Position numbers and translations under genes: made by a program. A stretch of DNA of 64,000 nucleotides from Eledone cirrhosa (taxonomy: Eukaryota). The notes beneath the pieces are model-generated. The model saw only the letters and a program-made list of their open reading frames with translations. It searched no databases and was not told the origin of the DNA. Shown one piece after another: positions 59,424 through 64,000 of the stretch (positions are counted from its first letter, which is position 1; each line of letters starts with the position of its first letter). Where the stretch lies: assembly GCA_964016885.1 (NCBI GenBank), contig OZ024743.1:64480001-64544000 (forward strand). Direction: 5' to 3'.

Positions 59424-60264
59424 TGTACCTGTGTGTGTGTTGTATATGAGAACGAATGTATGAATCTTCCTCGCGTGTGTCGGGGTGTATCGGGGTGTAT
59501 CGGTCTATGAGTACGTGTTGGGCATCTGTATAATAGTTAGGAGTTATTTCCCTTGGTATGAGGGGGCGGGAGGGGAGTAATGCCTGCAGCAATGATAATT
59601 AAAACATTTAAGAGCGTCTGTTTCCTTTGTAAGTATTATTCTGTTAGGTTTAAATTGCTAACATTCGAAGAACATATATTCAGCGAATCTTCTTATGATT
59701 ATGGCAACAGTTTTATGGCATCCGTACAATGACTGGCTCTTTAAAAAGAAAACGACCTCGTTCTCTTAGAGTATTTGGCAATAAACCTTATTATTTATTC
59801 TTTCGAAGATGTATCGGAGTATTGGTGTATTGGTGAGGTTTTAAACAAAAGAAACATTAAGACCATGCACTACATCTACTCCCATATACACATACATACA
59901 ATGACAAAGACACACACACACACAAATACGCATACACAATCACAAAGACATACACATACAATCACAAAGACACACACACACATACAATCACAAAGACACA
60001 TACAACAACCACAAAGTCACACACACATCAAATCATTAAGTACTGGGTTCCATCCCACTAAGCGCCATCTTGGGTAAGTGTCGTTTACAATAGCTACGGG
60101 TTGAACAATGCTCTGTGGGGGAAATTGGGGAGACAGAAATTGCTTGGAAGTCCGTCATATTGACTGTACCTGTAATTCAATGGGCCATCCTTGTCACACA
60201 CTATGTCATGCTGAATCTCCCTGAGAATTACGTTAAAGGTACACATTTGGACAGACAACATAGC

Positions 60265-60635
60265 TGTACTTAGGTCGGCTTATAAATTATATGTACGACT
60301 ACTTAGGTCGGCTTATAGGACATCTGTAGGTCTACTTAGGTCGAGTTATAAGACATCTGTAGGTCTACTTAGGTCGAGTTATAAGACATCTGTAGGTCTA
60401 CTTAGGTCGAGTTATAAGACATCTGTAGGTCTACTTAGGTCGAGTTATAAGACATCTGTAGGCCTATTTAGGTCAATATATAAGACATCTGTAGGTCTAC
60501 TTAAGTCGAGTTATAAGACATCTGTAGGCCTATTTAGGTCAAGTTATAAGACATCTTGTGGGCCTACTTATCTGGGCTTATAAGACGTCTGTAGGACTAC
60601 TTAGGTGGTCTTATAAGGTATCTGTAGGACTACAT
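60265..60635 (+). repeat. 33-bp minisatellite
   Basis: acttaggtcgagttataagacatctgtaggtct at 60301, 60334, 60367 and onward. Confidence 0.9.
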
Positions 60636-60765
60636 TTAGCCTTAATTGATTCTGCAGTTTGCAGTACACACCTGCTTGGTGTTGAATACGCACATGCTAC
60701 ATGCATACATACATACATACATACATACATACATACATACATACATACATACATACATACATACA

Positions 60766-60796
<31 letters not shown>

Positions 60797-61519
60797 GTGT
60801 GTGTTAGTGTGTATGTATGAATGTATGTATGTACGTATGCATGTATTATGTATGTATGTGCACACATATATATGTTTATATATATATGTGTGTGTACGTT
60901 TGTGTATGTGTGTGTGTGTGCGTGAGTGTATATGTGTGTGTGCATGTGTGTGTGTGTATGAGTGTCAGATCTTTGATGTTAAAGAAAGAATCACCTTCAT
61001 TGCAATGGCGCCATAAGAACTTAAGTAGGTGGTACTTGAGGTGACTTCTTGGAGTTTCACACTGGCATTTATTTATCCGTTTGGCACGAAACCATTAGCT
61101 CTTCCACTTAGTTGGTATTTACTATAACGAAAACCTGTGCCTGGTCTCCATGAAATTTCAAAGAGTAATTCTCGTTGAAATTGTGAAACGAACTCATCTC
61201 TCACCCACCACACAATAGTGTTTTGTGTAGTTATTTAAAGCAATTCCAACTTATTCGTACTACAGGTTACAGATAAGTGTTAAAGAGTGGTGTATATACT
61301 ACGGCGTGTCAGCTATTGAAGTCAGTTGGTTGTTGTTTTTTTAATTTTCTTCACATCTGATCTGATAAGGTTATCGGATAACGGAATTAACGGGGAAGCT
61401 TCTATACTGAATCTCCACCTGTTAAAAATAGTTGTTGAACTTCCCCCAATCGCACCATATCACAGAGGTTTAACTGCGACCACAAATGTGCTCTTGACGT
61501 GTTCTTTGCTGGCTTCGAA

Positions 61520-62090
61520 CCGTTTCAAATGTTTATATATAAGATATGGCATAATATACACGTGGACCATTAAGATTTTCTCTGTGGGCATCGGGCCTTC
61601 TCAAATGTTTATATGTAAGATATAATATACACGCCACAATCGGGGTGTTCTTTGTGGGCCTTGAACTTTTCAGGTTTTTATATATAACATATGATATAAT
61701 ATACATGTCGGCTATTGAGGTGGGACTCAGACCTTTTCAAATATTTATATGTAAGGTATAATATACATGTAAACTATTGAGGTGTTCTCTGAAGGCCTCA
61801 GACCTTTTCAGATGTTTATATGTAAGGTATGATATAATATACATGTGAACCATTGAGGTGTTCTCTGAAGGCCTCAGACCTTTTCAAATGTTTATATGTA
61901 AGGTATGATATAATATACAGATGAACCATTGAGGTGTTCTCTGAAGGCCTCAGACCTTTTCAAATGTTTATATGTAAGGTATGATATAATATACAGATGA
62001 ACCATTGAGGTGTTCTCTGAAGGCCTCAGACCTTTTCAAATGTTTATATGTAAGGTATGATATAATATACATGTGAACCATTGAGGTGTG
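61520..62090 (+). repeat. ~76-bp minisatellite
   Basis: gaaggcctcagacc at 61791, 61867, 61943, 62019; diverged units upstream. Confidence 0.9.
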
Positions 62091-63229
62091 CTATGGGAGA
62101 CTTATAATGTTTTCAAATATGTATATTTAAGACATCCTACAATCCGTAGCCCAGAATTTTCAAACGGTTGAGACACCCTATGTAATGTAGACATAGATAT
62201 GTTATGTACCTTAAAGAAGGACAGGGTGGTCATGGGTGGAATACTTTTGATCATAGATTTACTCAATCAAGACCAATATGGGACTAAACAACATACACAC
62301 ATAAACACACACACAAACATACACAAACTCCCACTCCCACATAAACACACTCTTACACACACTCTAACACACACACACACTCTCACACGCATTCACACAT
62401 ACACTCTCATACACACACTCTCACACACACACACGTACACACTCAAACACATACACACCTAAACACATACATACATACCCACATACACATATACATATAC
62501 ACACAAATATATACATACACACAAAAATACACACATACATACACACACATACGTACAAACACGCTAACGCTAGATCTTTCTCGAAACCAAAAGAAATGTC
62601 AGATTTTTTCCAAGATGAAATCAATTCCATATCAATGAATAAATAAATATTTTATCAATTAATTCATTTATTTATTTATTCATTTATTTATTTATTTTAA
62701 TTATTTTAGTTCCCTATATTTACCACATGTTTGTAAGCACACAGTAACACATTTATATTACTACATACAGGGGCAGTGGAATTGGGGAGACCAGGAGACC
62801 ATATATTTTATCCCTAAACTACCAAAACACACGTCTATTTGTATATGCGCTACAATTTACGTACATGTTGTGTTTATCGCATTTCGAACTGTTTTATGTC
62901 TTGGTTGATATTTGATAATAACAGCTAAACTAATCACTACAACTAAAGAAAAGGAGTCGATTGACTTTCGTCAAATCGGACCGAGGAAACAATGTTTCCG
63001 TTGGTCTTTCCAGTTGCTAGTACTATCTATCGGCCGCAACTCAAGGTAGAAGGAGCAATGTGAAATAAAGTATCTTGCTCAAGGACATAACGCATCGCCT
63101 GGTCTAGGAATCAAACTGACAACCTCTCGATTGCGAATCCAGTTCTCTAACCAGTCAGCGGCATGTCTTCACACTACAACTAAATTGACCAAATCCCCCC
63201 CCTCCCCCTCCCCATCCAATTTAGAAATG

Positions 63230-63517
63230 CTTCGTCCGCCCCTAACATGGATGTAAGCACACAGCGACGCATCTATATTCCCACAGCGGCCCATGTACCG
63301 TAGAATCCAGCGCAGCACACCGAAGAAGACAAGGGTGAAACAAATCGAGGAGGACCTAAATTCATAGTGCATCGACCTCGACCATGCGGAGGTCAGTGCC
63401 AGGGATTGGGAGAAGAAGAAGAAGAAGAAGAAGAAGAAGAAGAAGAAGAAGAAGAAGAAGAAGAAGAAGAAGAAGAAGAAGAAGAAGAAGAAGAAGAAGA
63501 AGAAGAAGAAGAAGAAG
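63230..63517 (+). mobile_element. RTE-clade LINE 3' fragment with (GAA)n tail
   Basis: Translation RSTPKKTRVKQIEEDL..IDLDHAEVSARDW resembles the RTE C-terminus; followed directly by (GAA)n at 63411-63517. Confidence 0.55.
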
Positions 63518-63696
63518 ACATCTATATGTTACCACATGTATGTAAGCATACAGCACATATCTGTACGTTACTACATGTATGTAAGAATAAGGTAACACAT
63601 TTATGTTAACACATGTATGTAAAGATACAGTAGTACATTTATATCTATCTGTCTATATATATAAGTGTATGTGTATCCTTATATATATATATATAT

Positions 63697-63844
63697 AGCG
63701 AAGGAAGTGTGGTAAGGAACCAGGTTGACCATAACGCACCAGAGTACTCGATACTTAGAGTAGTAGAGTGGGTAATAGGAAAAGAGTCAGATCTAGCTGT
63801 CGAAACAGCCGGAGCTCAGCCGTCGGGGTCCTGACTCTTTTCCT
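63697..63844 (-). mobile_element. Family F1 copy
   Basis: Body gcgaaggaagtgtggtaaggaaccagg.. and inverted end ..gtcggggtcctgactcttttccta(TA)n. Confidence 0.8.
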
Positions 63845-64000
63845 ATATATATATATATATATATATATGGTACATCTATATGTAGCTGTCTATATATGTA
63901 TGTAATGTATCCTATATATATGTATATGGTACATCTATATGTACCCGTCTATATATGTCTATATATGTGCGTATGTGTATCCTATATATATGTATATGGT

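Noticed and set aside
60265-62090. 33-bp and 76-bp arrays as CRISPR-like loci
   Set aside because: Contiguous tandem units with no unique spacers, no cas genes, eukaryotic context

Overview
AT-rich, microsatellite-saturated metazoan DNA with no convincing host protein-coding exon. The SINE and microsatellite content suggests a cephalopod such as Octopus (inference). The only intact genes belong to a full-length Tx1-clade non-LTR retrotransposon on the minus strand (~53.25-59.1 kb; ORF1 with a CCHC knuckle, ORF2 APE-RT-zinc finger). It sits in a (GATA)n array beside a second, 5'-truncated copy of itself. The window also holds fragments of CR1-like, Vingi, R4/Dong and RTE LINEs, two tRNA-derived SINE families (one with about 25 copies), MITEs, a Helentron-like element and several minisatellites. 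The most striking signal lies in short unique islands between (TA)n tracts. Many carry type-I hammerhead ribozyme folds, some with very long stem II, and/or fold-back inverted duplications of their own 3' ends. This is consistent with a diverse population of (TA)n-targeting Penelope-like or retrozyme-like non-autonomous elements. All coordinates and pairings were read by eye and may be off by a few bases.
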